A DNA stretch of 64,000 nt, taken from NCBI GenBank assembly GCA_035317285.1, contig DATHHC010000042.1, forward strand, positions 7,251 through 71,250, in the 5' to 3' direction. A program made the position numbers and the translations under genes. The stretch comes from Gemmatimonadaceae bacterium (lineage in GTDB: Bacteria; Gemmatimonadota; Gemmatimonadetes; Gemmatimonadales; Gemmatimonadaceae). Below are positions 9,274-19,405 of this stretch, piece by piece (the stretch's first letter is position 1; every line of letters starts with the position of its first letter). Below the pieces are notes generated by a model, which saw nothing but the letters and a program-made list of their open reading frames with translations, ran no database searches and was not told the DNA's origin.

Positions 9274-12200
9274 GGCGGAGCGTGACGACGACGCGGTGAT
9301 GTTTGCCGTCATCGATCAGCTGGATTGCTTTCTCGGCAGATTTTCCGTCGACGATCAATTCAGTTGTGCCACGCTCCAGGCCATCTGGATTGTTGACGGC
9401 AATTTCGAAGGTAGACGTTCTGAAGCGGTACTCGATGGTGAATTCTTTCCACCGTGCAGGAATGCACGGCTCGATGAACAGCTCCTCTCCGACCTGCCGG
9501 AACCCAAGTATCCCTTCGAGGGCAGTGCGGTACATCCAGCTCGCCGAACCGGTATACCACGTCCAGCCGCCGCGCCCGAGATGGCCTTTCGCGGTGTACA
9601 CATCCGCCGCAACGACATAGGGCTCGACCTTGTAGGTGTCGACCCCTGTCGCGCTGTCGGAGTGCGTAATTGGGTTGAGCATCTGAAATAACTCGAAGGC
9701 ACGATCACCGTCTCCCTGGAGTGCTGTGGCGAGCACCGCCCATAGTGCCGCATGCGTGTACTGAGCGCCGTTCTCGCGCACGCCTGGCAGATAACCCTGA
9801 ATGTAGCCGGGATCGTGCGCCGTCTTGTCGAATGGCGGCGTCAACAGCAGGATCAGACGCGCATCTTCGCGCACCAGATACTTGTTCAGTGACTGCATCG
9901 CGATCCGGGCCCGATCGGGTCTCCCCGCGCCCGAGATGACGCTCCAGCTCTGAGCAATCGAGTCGATCTTGCATTCGTCGCTCGTGCGCGATCCGAGCGG
10001 AGAGCCGTCGTCGAAGTACGCGCGACGATACCATTCTCCATCCCAAGCCGAGCCCTCGGCAGCTTCGGCGTAGGCATCTGCCTTCGCGAGCACTTCATCA
10101 CGCGTCGCTGTATCGCCGCGCTTGTCCGCGTGAACCGCGAACTTCCGCAGCGTCGAGATCAGGAACCAGGCGAGCCACACGCTCTCCCCCTTCCCCTCGA
10201 TTCCGACTCGGTTCATACCGTCGTTCCAGTCACCGCTGCCGATAAGAGGAAGCCCATGCACCCCGGTTGTGCACGCTCTTTTCAGCGCCCGCACACAGTG
10301 GTCGTAGATGCTTCCCACCTCGGAGGAGACCTTCGGCAGTTCGTAGATCTCGTGCTCGTCCGGGTTCAGCAGCCGCATCGTCAGGTATGGAACCTCTACT
10401 TCGAATATCCCGCGATCGCACGAGACATTCACGTAATGGTCGATGACATACGGGAGCCAGATCAGATCATCGGAGAACTTGGTTCGCACGCCGCGGCCGG
10501 TCTGCGGATGCCACCAGTGCTGGACGTCGCCCTCGACGAATTGACGTCCTGCCGCTCGAACTATGTGCTCTCTGGCAACCTCCGTATCCGCGTACACGAA
10601 CGCCATCACGTCCTGCAACTGGTCGCGGAACCCGAACGCGCCGCTCGACTGGTACAGCGCCGTACGCGCCCACATCCGGCACGATAGTGCCTGATAGAGC
10701 GACCATCGGTTCACCATCAAATCGAAGGTCGGCTCAGGTGTCTTGACCTTGATGGCACTGAGTCTCTTCTCCCAGTCGCGTAGGTTCGAATCGACTGCGC
10801 GCTTGGCATCACTCGCTGTGCGGTTTCGCGCGATTATCTCGCGGACAGCGTCCTCGCCTTCGGCCGCTCCGAGAAGCATGACGATTTCACGGGTCTCGCC
10901 CGGCTCGATGGTCACACTGACCTGGAGCGCACAGCATGGATCGATCGTCGCGCCAATCGCCCCGGACAACCCCGCGCGCTCGAGGGCCGCGGGACTCGAG
11001 ATCGTCCCGTTTCTGCCAAGGAACTCGCGCCGGTCCGCGGTATAGTAGGCAACACGCTCACTGATCGAGGCAAAGGCGACTGTTTCTGCGAACTGGGAGT
11101 CGAAATAATTGCGCGCGAACATCGACTGTGTGGCCTCATCGAAGTTCGTGCGAATCTGATATTGCGTCAGCTCGCGATTCACGCCCAGCACCCACTCGAC
11201 ATACCAGGTGAGCGTGAGCTTCTTCCGCGCGGGGCCTTCGTTGCGGAGAGTCAGAACGCTGATCTTGACCGGATCGGCCTGATCGACGCCGAGTCTGAAG
11301 GAGCTCGCCAGTCCTTTGTGCGTGTGATCGAAGACGGAGTAGCCCGATCCGTGACGAACCTTGTACGGCGTCGGCTCACGAATCGGGCACGGCGTTGCCG
11401 TCCACAGGTCGCCATTGGCATCATCGCGAAGGAATACACAATCGCTCGACGGATCCCGCACCGGGTCGTTGTGCCACGGCGTGAGTCGATAGAAAAAGCT
11501 GTTCCCCGCCCACGTCGTGCCGCTTCCACCTTCGCTGACGATGAATCCGGCGACCGGATTGCCGACGACGTTGACCCACGGCGCCGGCGGCAAATCGCTG
11601 CCGGTCAGATGGATCTCGTATTCGCCCGCCTGATTAAATCCCCCGAGCCCGTTGAAGTTCTGGAGCCCGGTGCCCGGATCAGCCGTCTGCGCGTGAATCG
11701 CCACCGTCCCGAGAGGTACGATGTCGCGGTTCATGATCTCGAGCTTGGGCGGATATCTGTCTTCGACGCCCGGGAATTCGAGGAAGTTGCCAAGCCCAAG
11801 ACCGTCGCAGTTTACCTGTACCCGCGCCATCGCTTTGAGCAGCGTGATCTCTTCCGGCTTGAGGAGGTCGGCACGTCGGATGAACACACCGCCCGGCCGA
11901 TCGAGCAGACCTGCCTCGCTGGACGCCATTGCCGTTGCCAGCAGCTCATCGCTCAGCTCCTGCATGTACGTCATGGGATGCACGTTCAGGATCACCAGGT
12001 CGCAGGTGATCCCCTTTAGCCTCCAGTAGTGGTGTGTCCTGAGGAGCTGCCGAACGCTCGGCATCCCGACCGGGCTGTCCACGGTAGCGAGGAGTATCGG
12101 CCAATCGCCCGATATGCCAAGTGACCACAATGACTGTTGTCCGAGTTTGTTCTCCTCGACAGCGCTCTGAGCTGGCCGGAATCCCGGGTGAGGGAACATC

Positions 12201-15200
12201 AGATGGCCAGCGAGATCCTGATACAGCGCGGCATCTGCGGGCGCAATGCCAAGATCGCGCAGCTCCGCCTGCGCCTGCGCCCACGACAGGTCGAGCGCAC
12301 GTCGCGCGCTGTACGGATCGTGATATAGATCAGCCAGTTCTATCGCGCGTTCTCTCTGCGAAGTGACGAACGTCGTGAACGCGACGTGCGTCGATCCGCC
12401 GGGTGGAATCCGCACCTTTACGCGAAGCGAGAAGATTGGATCGAGAACCGCGCCCACCGTTCCAGAGAGCTCAGCGCCTTCATCGAGTGCTTCCGCATTC
12501 CTTACCGAGCGCCCGCGACCGACGAATCTTGCGCGATCAGTTTCGCACGTGACCTTGCCCGCCAGTTCCGGTCCGCATGCAACGACGTGCGCACACCAGA
12601 TTGCGGCCTCCGTCGCTGACCGAGGTCGCCTGGTCGCAAAAAGCGCCGCCTTGCCTTCAAGAAACTCCGTTTGCACGAAGAGATTGGCGAACGCAGGATG
12701 AGAGCGGTCGGTGTCGGGCGGCGCCAACACCACCTCGGAGTAACTCGTTAGCTCGATCTCGCGCGCTTGAAGCGATCGGTTCGTCAGCGTCACCCGTCGC
12801 ACTTCAGCGGCATCGTCTGATGCCACCGCAATTTCCGTAACGGTATCGATATCGCCATCGCGGCGAATGAACGTGATGCGGTCGCTCGCGAAGAGAACAC
12901 GGTACCATTGAGGCTCTGTTCCCGATGGCTGATGCGCGGTTGACCAGACGTGGCCGGTGCTCAAGTCCTTCACATAGCACCACTGCCCATAGTTGTCGCG
13001 CGTCGAATCGTGACGCCACCGAGTGACGGCAAGATTTCCATAGCGACTGAACCCGCCGCCCGCGTTCGTGATCAGAGTTGTGTACGGCACGTTGCCGAGA
13101 ATGCCGACGACCGGCTGCGGCGTGTGCGGCGTCTCGATCTCGCGCACTGCCGGCTTCTCCATCTCACTCGGAACCCGCGCCACATCATCACCTTGAACAT
13201 CCTGCATTGTCAGCCGGCGCGGGATCCGCTCCTGCAGCACCAGCTCCGCCGAACGCACGAGTGGATCCAGGTGGAAACGGCGCGGCCAGATCTGCTGGTT
13301 GAGGGCGTTGTCGAGCGCGACGATGCTCATGCCGATGTGGTGCGCCATGAACGTGGCCACGATCGTCTTTCGGGAGCCCGGTGAAGGTCGAGTGTAGTCC
13401 AGGGCGTCGCGGAACCCGTAAGGGCCGAGCGCGCCTTCCGCCTCGAGAGTCGTGAGATTCTTGAGCGATGCACGCGGTTCCACCAGCATCGCCAGCACCG
13501 TCGCATACGGCGCAATAACGAGCTCCTTGCTCAACCCGCGCTTGAGCGCGAGATCAGGAACGCCGAAGCCGCGGTACTGGTACGTGTGCAACCTGTCGCG
13601 CACCGCATACGCGGATTCCGAGACGCCCCATGGCACGCCGCGCTCCGCGCCATATGCGATCTGCCGCCTCACACTTCCCTTGTGCGTCTGGTCGAGCAGC
13701 GTGAACGGGAAGGTCTGCATCACCAGGGCCGGCATCAGATACTCGAACATGCTTCCGCTCCAGGAAAGCAGCGTTCTTGTCCCCGCGGTCGCCGTCAGCG
13801 AGCGGCCCAGCCTGAACCAGTGATCGACCGATACGTCGTCCTTCGCAATCGCCATGAATGACGCCAGACGCGACTCGGACGCGAGGAGATCATAGTACGA
13901 GTTGTCGACGGTGTTGCTGCCGATGTGATAGCCGATCGTGAACAGTTTCCGCTTGGTGTCGTACAGGAAGCGGAAATCCATCTCGGCCGCGTACGCGTGC
14001 GCCCGCTCCGCGATCGCCTTGAGTCTCTTCGCATCGAGATCGGGGCACTCGGGGTCCTTCAGCATCTCATAGCAGGCCTGCTTGAGCGCGATCAAATGGC
14101 CGGCAAAGTTTCCGCTGTCCACCGTCGAGACATAGCCCGGCTCGAGCACGCGTAGTTCGTTCAGGTCGTACCAGTTGAAGAAGTGACCGTGGAAACGGCG
14201 CATCCTCTCGAGAGACCGGAACACTTTCTCCACGCGGTCGATCATGTCCGACCGCGTGATGAAGCCAAGATCCACCGCGCTCACGGTCGACAGTAGCTGG
14301 AGCCCGATGTTGGTCGGCGACGTGCGGAGTGCCAGAACCGGCTCCGGATCCTCCTGGAAATTGTCGGGCGCAAGCCAGTGCGTCTCCTCCGACACGAACT
14401 TCTCGAAATACGTCCAGTGAAGCTTCGCGTATCGAAGTGCTGCCGTCCGCTCCGCATCGGTCAGGTGTATCTCGCCAAGAATCGCTGGCCGGCTGAGCGC
14501 GAACGCGATGCTGGGGCTCGCAAACCAGGCGAGGACGAACGGCAGCGTCGCCATGACGAAGAGAAACCGCTCATCAGCGGACGAGGAGGCGCCGCCCATT
14601 GTGACGTGAAGGCCGATGAGCGTACCCAGACCCAGGCAGAGCGCGGTAACCGGCCACATCTTGCGCCAGGTTTCCCGCTGCGAACCGACGCCAAGCGCCC
14701 TCTCGACCTGCGACGCAGTTTGCCACTCGAGAAGATTCCGGTGGCTGATGGACAACCGGTACAGTGTGCGGATGATCGCATCGGCGGACACGACAGCCTG
14801 ATGCGGGAGGAAAGCGACAGCGAGCGCGAATTGCTGCCCGTTCGTCATGGCATCGCGACCGACCGCCATGTAGTACGCGAGCCACGACTGGTCACGCGGC
14901 GGTCTCGCCAGTGAAATCATGAGGGAGAACAGCCACGGGAACGCAATCGCCACCAGTACGAGTGCCGTCCACTGAACGACGGAGCCGGGTAGGAGGAACC
15001 AGCCGAGGATCAGCATCCCCAGCTGAAAGATCTCGACCAGGCTGCGACGCAGATTGTCGAGAATTTTCCAGCGGGATATCGCGGACAGGCGGTTCTGCAT
15101 CCGTCCATCCGGTCCTGGTACAGTGCCCCTCAACCATCCGAGCAGCTGCCAGTCGCCTCGAATCCACCGGTGCTTCCGGCGCGTGAAGGTCAGATAGCGC

Positions 15201-17524
15201 GTCGGATAGTCGTCATACACCTCGATGTCGGTCGCCAGTCCCGCGCGCGTCCACGTTCCCTCGATCAAATCGTGACTGAGCAGCGTGTTCTCTGGAAATC
15301 TTCCGTGGGTCGCTTCCTCGAACGCATCGACGTCGTAAATCCCTTTCCCGGTGAAGCTTCCCTCGCCGTAGAGATCCTGATACACATCGGATACCGCTGT
15401 CGTGTATGGATCGACACCAGGATGTCCGGAGTGGATCGCGGCGAAATACGATTTGTGGGCACTCGTGAGCGACACGCCGACTCGCGGCTGGACGATTCCG
15501 TAGCCCTCGGTGACTCGTCCGATTGCCGGATCGTAGTGCGCGCGGTTGAGCGGATGCGCGATCGTGCCGACGAGCAGCTGCGCCGCGTCTCGCGGCAGCA
15601 CTGTATCCGAGTCGAGCGTTATGACATACCGGACGAGACTGAGTCTGCTCGTGTCACCGATAATCGTGTTGAACGCGTCTCCGGCTCCACCCCGCAGGAA
15701 CTTGTTGAACTGGGCGAGCTTGCCACGCTTCCTCTCCCAGCCCATCCACACGTTCTGCTTCGGATTCCAGAGGCGCGGGCGGTGAAAGAGGAAAAACACA
15801 TCTTCGCCCGCGTTTGCGTACCTGGCATTGAGGGTCTTGATTCCAGCCGCGGCCGCAGCAAGGATCCCCTCGTCATCGGGTCGGTGCTCGGTTGGCGAGT
15901 CCGTAAAATCGCTGAGTATCGCGAACTGTAGATTGGGATCGCGATTGGCGAGGTATTGCACCTCGAGATGCTCGAGAGCTTCCTCCACGCCGTGCAGGCT
16001 TCCGAGTAGCGTCGGCACGACCACAGCGGTCATGTGTTCTTCCGGAATTCCGTCGTCGCGCAACTCGAGCTTGGACAGAAGCCGCGGCGGCATCAGTAGC
16101 GTTATGAGCTGGTTGATGACGCTGATGCCGATCTCGCTCGCCGGAATGAGCGCCGTGAGAGCGATAGCCAGCTGAACGCCAATCGACGCGCCCTCCACCG
16201 CCTCGAGAATTGCCGCAACCGCGAGAACGGTGAAGACCGTTATCCCCCCGAAGTACAGCGTGTTGGGGTGGCGCTGCGTCCAGCGGTAGAGCCATTCACC
16301 GGGGGGCGGGGTGTACCCGACCTTCTCCTCGAGAACGCTGCGGCCTTTGTCCACGAGGAAGTAGCCGACGTGCGCGTGTCTCGCATCGCCGGCGGGAGCG
16401 ACCTTCGCCAGCGCCAGAACTTCACTCGCGATTTCCTCTTCGGGCCGCTTGACCCGTTTGGCAATGTGCTCGACGACGTGACGGTAGTGATCCCGCGTAC
16501 CGAACGTCATCGATGCGTAGTGGCCGCTCGGGTCCTGGCGTAGGAGCTTGTCCGTCGCGCTCTGAGCTTCTACGAAATCCTTCCAGTCGAGCCTCGAGAT
16601 GGTCCGAAGACTCGTGATGCTGTTCGCGACTGTCACCTGCGTCAGCGCCACTCGGCGATTCGATCGCGTCGCCGCCTCTTCCGCGCTCGGTCCATCCTCG
16701 GCGATCCACTGCTCGAGCCAGATCAGCGGCGTGAAGTTCGTCTGGTACGACCGGACCTGCTGGAGGAATCGCGCGACCCACGTCGGCGTAAAGGGCGGAT
16801 GATCGTCGACGAACGCGGCGAGCGCTGTCGCCAGCGCTCGCGACGATTCCTCACTCGCCTCGCGCAGCGTTGTGGCGGCACGGTCAGCTGACTCGACTTC
16901 CTGTAGGCGCGCCGCTACACGCAACGCCATTCGACGGATGTTCTCGACGAGACCCAGTCGGAGCATCGTTGGAATCGCCCACAGCTCACCGATGCGGAGC
17001 TGAGTGACAGTTTGGTACTCACGCACGAACAGCGTGATGTTGTCGAGATCGAGGTGGCCTTCCGTGTGCGCGATCAGTTCGATCGCCACTTCGTACGCCC
17101 GCGGATAACCAGCGAGCGATCCCGTGGCGAGCTTGGGCAGCTCCTCGTAGTAGCCCTTGGGAAGATTGGTCCTGATTTCTCTGATATGCTCCTGGACGAT
17201 GTAGAAGTTGTCCAGCAGCCAGTCTCCGGCCGGGCTGATATCAAGACCACGCTCCGCGCCGTTGTTCAGCTCATGATAGACGCGGTCGAGAACTTCTCTC
17301 GTGTCCTCCAGACGAAGCAGAAGCGGACCAGCGCCACGTTGCTTCTGGGCCGGGAGCAGGTGATGCCCGCGCGCCACTGCTCGGGCACGCTCACCGAGTC
17401 TCTCGAGTCCGAGGACTTCGCCGCGGATCGGACCGACGAGTTCTTCGCCAGCTCCGTTTCGCGAACGGCCGAACAGACGACTCAGAATTGTTGGTGGAGC
17501 CTTGGGCGGAATTGCTGTTGCCAC
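9227..17524 (-). CDS. Cyclic beta-1,2-glucan synthase (Cgs/NdvB/ChvB type; GT84 plus GH94 phosphorylase domains)
   Basis: 2765 aa; GWERKRGKL, LDSDT, LSHDLIEG, RKHRWIRGDWQ, TM block, YQSSGAFGFRDQLQD, GDWNDGMN, ENGAQYTH. Confidence 0.93.
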   Translation of the reverse strand: MATAIPPKAPPTILSRLFGRSRNGAGEELVGPIRGEVLGLERLGERARAVARGHHLLPAQKQRGAGPLLLRLEDTREVLDRVYHELNNGAERGLDISPAGDWLLDNFYIVQEHIREIRTNLPKGYYEELPKLATGSLAGYPRAYEVAIELIAHTEGHLDLDNITLFVREYQTVTQLRIGELWAIPTMLRLGLVENIRRMALRVAARLQEVESADRAATTLREASEESSRALATALAAFVDDHPPFTPTWVARFLQQVRSYQTNFTPLIWLEQWIAEDGPSAEEAATRSNRRVALTQVTVANSITSLRTISRLDWKDFVEAQSATDKLLRQDPSGHYASMTFGTRDHYRHVVEHIAKRVKRPEEEIASEVLALAKVAPAGDARHAHVGYFLVDKGRSVLEEKVGYTPPPGEWLYRWTQRHPNTLYFGGITVFTVLAVAAILEAVEGASIGVQLAIALTALIPASEIGISVINQLITLLMPPRLLSKLELRDDGIPEEHMTAVVVPTLLGSLHGVEEALEHLEVQYLANRDPNLQFAILSDFTDSPTEHRPDDEGILAAAAAGIKTLNARYANAGEDVFFLFHRPRLWNPKQNVWMGWERKRGKLAQFNKFLRGGAGDAFNTIIGDTSRLSLVRYVITLDSDTVLPRDAAQLLVGTIAHPLNRAHYDPAIGRVTEGYGIVQPRVGVSLTSAHKSYFAAIHSGHPGVDPYTTAVSDVYQDLYGEGSFTGKGIYDVDAFEEATHGRFPENTLLSHDLIEGTWTRAGLATDIEVYDDYPTRYLTFTRRKHRWIRGDWQLLGWLRGTVPGPDGRMQNRLSAISRWKILDNLRRSLVEIFQLGMLILGWFLLPGSVVQWTALVLVAIAFPWLFSLMISLARPPRDQSWLAYYMAVGRDAMTNGQQFALAVAFLPHQAVVSADAIIRTLYRLSISHRNLLEWQTASQVERALGVGSQRETWRKMWPVTALCLGLGTLIGLHVTMGGASSSADERFLFVMATLPFVLAWFASPSIAFALSRPAILGEIHLTDAERTAALRYAKLHWTYFEKFVSEETHWLAPDNFQEDPEPVLALRTSPTNIGLQLLSTVSAVDLGFITRSDMIDRVEKVFRSLERMRRFHGHFFNWYDLNELRVLEPGYVSTVDSGNFAGHLIALKQACYEMLKDPECPDLDAKRLKAIAERAHAYAAEMDFRFLYDTKRKLFTIGYHIGSNTVDNSYYDLLASESRLASFMAIAKDDVSVDHWFRLGRSLTATAGTRTLLSWSGSMFEYLMPALVMQTFPFTLLDQTHKGSVRRQIAYGAERGVPWGVSESAYAVRDRLHTYQYRGFGVPDLALKRGLSKELVIAPYATVLAMLVEPRASLKNLTTLEAEGALGPYGFRDALDYTRPSPGSRKTIVATFMAHHIGMSIVALDNALNQQIWPRRFHLDPLVRSAELVLQERIPRRLTMQDVQGDDVARVPSEMEKPAVREIETPHTPQPVVGILGNVPYTTLITNAGGGFSRYGNLAVTRWRHDSTRDNYGQWCYVKDLSTGHVWSTAHQPSGTEPQWYRVLFASDRITFIRRDGDIDTVTEIAVASDDAAEVRRVTLTNRSLQAREIELTSYSEVVLAPPDTDRSHPAFANLFVQTEFLEGKAALFATRRPRSATEAAIWCAHVVACGPELAGKVTCETDRARFVGRGRSVRNAEALDEGAELSGTVGAVLDPIFSLRVKVRIPPGGSTHVAFTTFVTSQRERAIELADLYHDPYSARRALDLSWAQAQAELRDLGIAPADAALYQDLAGHLMFPHPGFRPAQSAVEENKLGQQSLWSLGISGDWPILLATVDSPVGMPSVRQLLRTHHYWRLKGITCDLVILNVHPMTYMQELSDELLATAMASSEAGLLDRPGGVFIRRADLLKPEEITLLKAMARVQVNCDGLGLGNFLEFPGVEDRYPPKLEIMNRDIVPLGTVAIHAQTADPGTGLQNFNGLGGFNQAGEYEIHLTGSDLPPAPWVNVVGNPVAGFIVSEGGSGTTWAGNSFFYRLTPWHNDPVRDPSSDCVFLRDDANGDLWTATPCPIREPTPYKVRHGSGYSVFDHTHKGLASSFRLGVDQADPVKISVLTLRNEGPARKKLTLTWYVEWVLGVNRELTQYQIRTNFDEATQSMFARNYFDSQFAETVAFASISERVAYYTADRREFLGRNGTISSPAALERAGLSGAIGATIDPCCALQVSVTIEPGETREIVMLLGAAEGEDAVREIIARNRTASDAKRAVDSNLRDWEKRLSAIKVKTPEPTFDLMVNRWSLYQALSCRMWARTALYQSSGAFGFRDQLQDVMAFVYADTEVAREHIVRAAGRQFVEGDVQHWWHPQTGRGVRTKFSDDLIWLPYVIDHYVNVSCDRGIFEVEVPYLTMRLLNPDEHEIYELPKVSSEVGSIYDHCVRALKRACTTGVHGLPLIGSGDWNDGMNRVGIEGKGESVWLAWFLISTLRKFAVHADKRGDTATRDEVLAKADAYAEAAEGSAWDGEWYRRAYFDDGSPLGSRTSDECKIDSIAQSWSVISGAGRPDRARIAMQSLNKYLVREDARLILLLTPPFDKTAHDPGYIQGYLPGVRENGAQYTHAALWAVLATALQGDGDRAFELFQMLNPITHSDSATGVDTYKVEPYVVAADVYTAKGHLGRGGWTWYTGSASWMYRTALEGILGFRQVGEELFIEPCIPARWKEFTIEYRFRTSTFEIAVNNPDGLERGTTELIVDGKSAEKAIQLIDDGKHHRVVVTLRPIPSSVPEKQEKARL

Positions 17525-17591
17525 GTCACTTACTCAACGCCAGAGGTATGCCGCTCTCGAGTGGGGCACGTCGCAAGATATCCCGTTGAGT

Positions 17592-17870
17592 CTACTCGGC
17601 GTAATACGCCTGGATGCAGAGAGTCACCAGTCTTTGGCGGACGCGTTCGTACTGATCGCCATTCTGTGGGCGCAACGACTCCGCGAGCGAGTTCCACAGC
17701 TCCTTGAAAATGACGATGAGCTCCTCGGGCGGGATGTTGTTCGTATGGGCCTCCTTGCCAACTCTCTTCAGAAGATCCGCAAGCTCGGGCGTAGGCCCAT
17801 CCGGCCGCTTGAGCTGATCCGCGAGCGCAGTCCGCAACTCCTTCATGGTTACTTCAGAGAGTGGGCTCAC
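17592..17870 (-). CDS. Small all-helical hypothetical protein
   Basis: 92-aa amphipathic-helix ORF ending LVTLCIQAYYAE; co-oriented with and just upstream of the glucan synthase; alternative ATG at 17846. Confidence 0.7.
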   Translation of the reverse strand: MSPLSEVTMKELRTALADQLKRPDGPTPELADLLKRVGKEAHTNNIPPEELIVIFKELWNSLAESLRPQNGDQYERVRQRLVTLCIQAYYAE

Positions 17871-18020
17871 GATTTCTCAGGCAATAGTTCTCTCCACCTT
17901 CACACTAGTTTGCGGAAAGTGGACATTTGTTCCTGAAATATTTAAGCGATACTCTCTTTCGGCGCCAGAGAATCCGAAAGGTCCACAAGTTGCCAAGCTA
18001 AGCCGTGTCCCCTCTTTTGG

Positions 18021-18368
18021 TTGGCGGCGTTGGGCAATGTGCTGATCCTTGCGCGCGAAGAGCTGATCGCTGCGCTGTTGGGCCTTATGGTTGAGCTTCG
18101 CGGTCTGCAGCCGATGTTCCTGAAAAGGGAGGAGTCGGTCACCGAAGCCTTAACGCGACTGGCGTTCGATGCCGTCGTGATAGACTGCGATCACCCCGAC
18201 TGCACCGGAGACCTGCTCGATACCATCAGGAGCGCTGGCGCGGTCCCAATCCTGTTCAGTCCATCAAGAATGCAGGCGGAAGTACGGGAAGTCGCGGTGC
18301 GCCATGGCATTAGGTCTTTCACGCTGCCCACAGATCCCGATACGTTCGGGAGAATGCTCGAAGCCTAA
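18021..18368 (+). CDS. Stand-alone receiver-like (atypical response regulator) protein
   Basis: CheY-like (beta/alpha)5 pattern VLILA...DAVVID...PILFS...FTLP; start uncertain (TTG 18021 or 18030). Confidence 0.7.
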   Translation: MAALGNVLILAREELIAALLGLMVELRGLQPMFLKREESVTEALTRLAFDAVVIDCDHPDCTGDLLDTIRSAGAVPILFSPSRMQAEVREVAVRHGIRSFTLPTDPDTFGRMLEA

Positions 18369-19228
18369 CGAATCCGAATTCCGCCCGTGATGCGAAACAG
18401 CGTGGCGTCTTCCGGCACCGAATAAACCTGGGCACCGACATCCAGGATTTGGCGAAGAACGGCGGTCACGCCGCCAAAGATCGCCGCACGGTTGAGGGGT
18501 TTCTCGAGCTCGACCTGCGTCCGGTCGACGCCCCCACTCGCATTGGTGAACCCGACCTGAAAGTGCGGATCGATCCTGTTTACCCCCGCGCCACCGTAAA
18601 AGGAGATTCCGCGAACTCCCGGACTAAACCCCGCGGCAATCTCGCCACCGAACATGTCCGGATGAAAAGTGTCCTTCGATGGGCTGCTTCCATAACACGG
18701 GCTCAAGGGATCCGTCTGCTGCAGCTGCGACCTGGGGCAGGTGATCGCTCCTTTGACATTTCCAAAGGTGCCATGCACTCGCAGCATGAGAGTGGTTCCA
18801 TTCGACACCGGTCCGACCGCGAAATGGTGTGCGTGCGATACGGCAAAGCTGAAAAGATTGGGCTTGGCTCTCGCGATCGTTATCGGCGGAAGGTAGGCAG
18901 CCTCGAGTGCAAAACCAAACGGCCCACCAATCGTGATCCTGGGCCGTCCGAATACCGGAGAGAGTGACGTGTGCTCGCTCTTCTGAGTGAAGCACGCACC
19001 TGTCTGCTCGATCGTGGGATTTGGCTTGGGTAAATACTCCAGTTCCGCGCCGGCGCGTATGCTGCCGGGGGCGAGCACTTCCGGAGCTATCGCCATCGAG
19101 AACACGATTGGAGCCGTGTAGAAAGCGAGAAGCTTCCCTTCGTTGCTGTCGCCTGACACTTGGCACTGCGCGTTAGCTTGCCGTTGCGCGGTGAAAAGCA
19201 GTGCTACTATGAACAGACCTCGACGCAT
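18365..19228 (-). CDS. Secreted, probable outer-membrane beta-barrel-like hypothetical protein
   Basis: Signal peptide (QANA-Q); alternating beta-strand pattern; SD GGAG. Confidence 0.65.
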   Translation of the reverse strand: MRRGLFIVALLFTAQRQANAQCQVSGDSNEGKLLAFYTAPIVFSMAIAPEVLAPGSIRAGAELEYLPKPNPTIEQTGACFTQKSEHTSLSPVFGRPRITIGGPFGFALEAAYLPPITIARAKPNLFSFAVSHAHHFAVGPVSNGTTLMLRVHGTFGNVKGAITCPRSQLQQTDPLSPCYGSSPSKDTFHPDMFGGEIAAGFSPGVRGISFYGGAGVNRIDPHFQVGFTNASGGVDRTQVELEKPLNRAAIFGGVTAVLRQILDVGAQVYSVPEDATLFRITGGIRIR

Positions 19229-19405
19229 TGTTGCTCCCGTTCGGAAGAACTCCAGGTGAGCGAACTAAGCTAGGGGTGAATCCCCGGTGGAGCGACAACA
19301 GGTCGGCAAGCGCAACGATCCGACGCGTCAACGTATGGTCGTAACGGGCGAACGCATACCGACACTCAGTCGTGACCAGTCAGTACTCGGCCGGAACGAG
19401 AAAGG

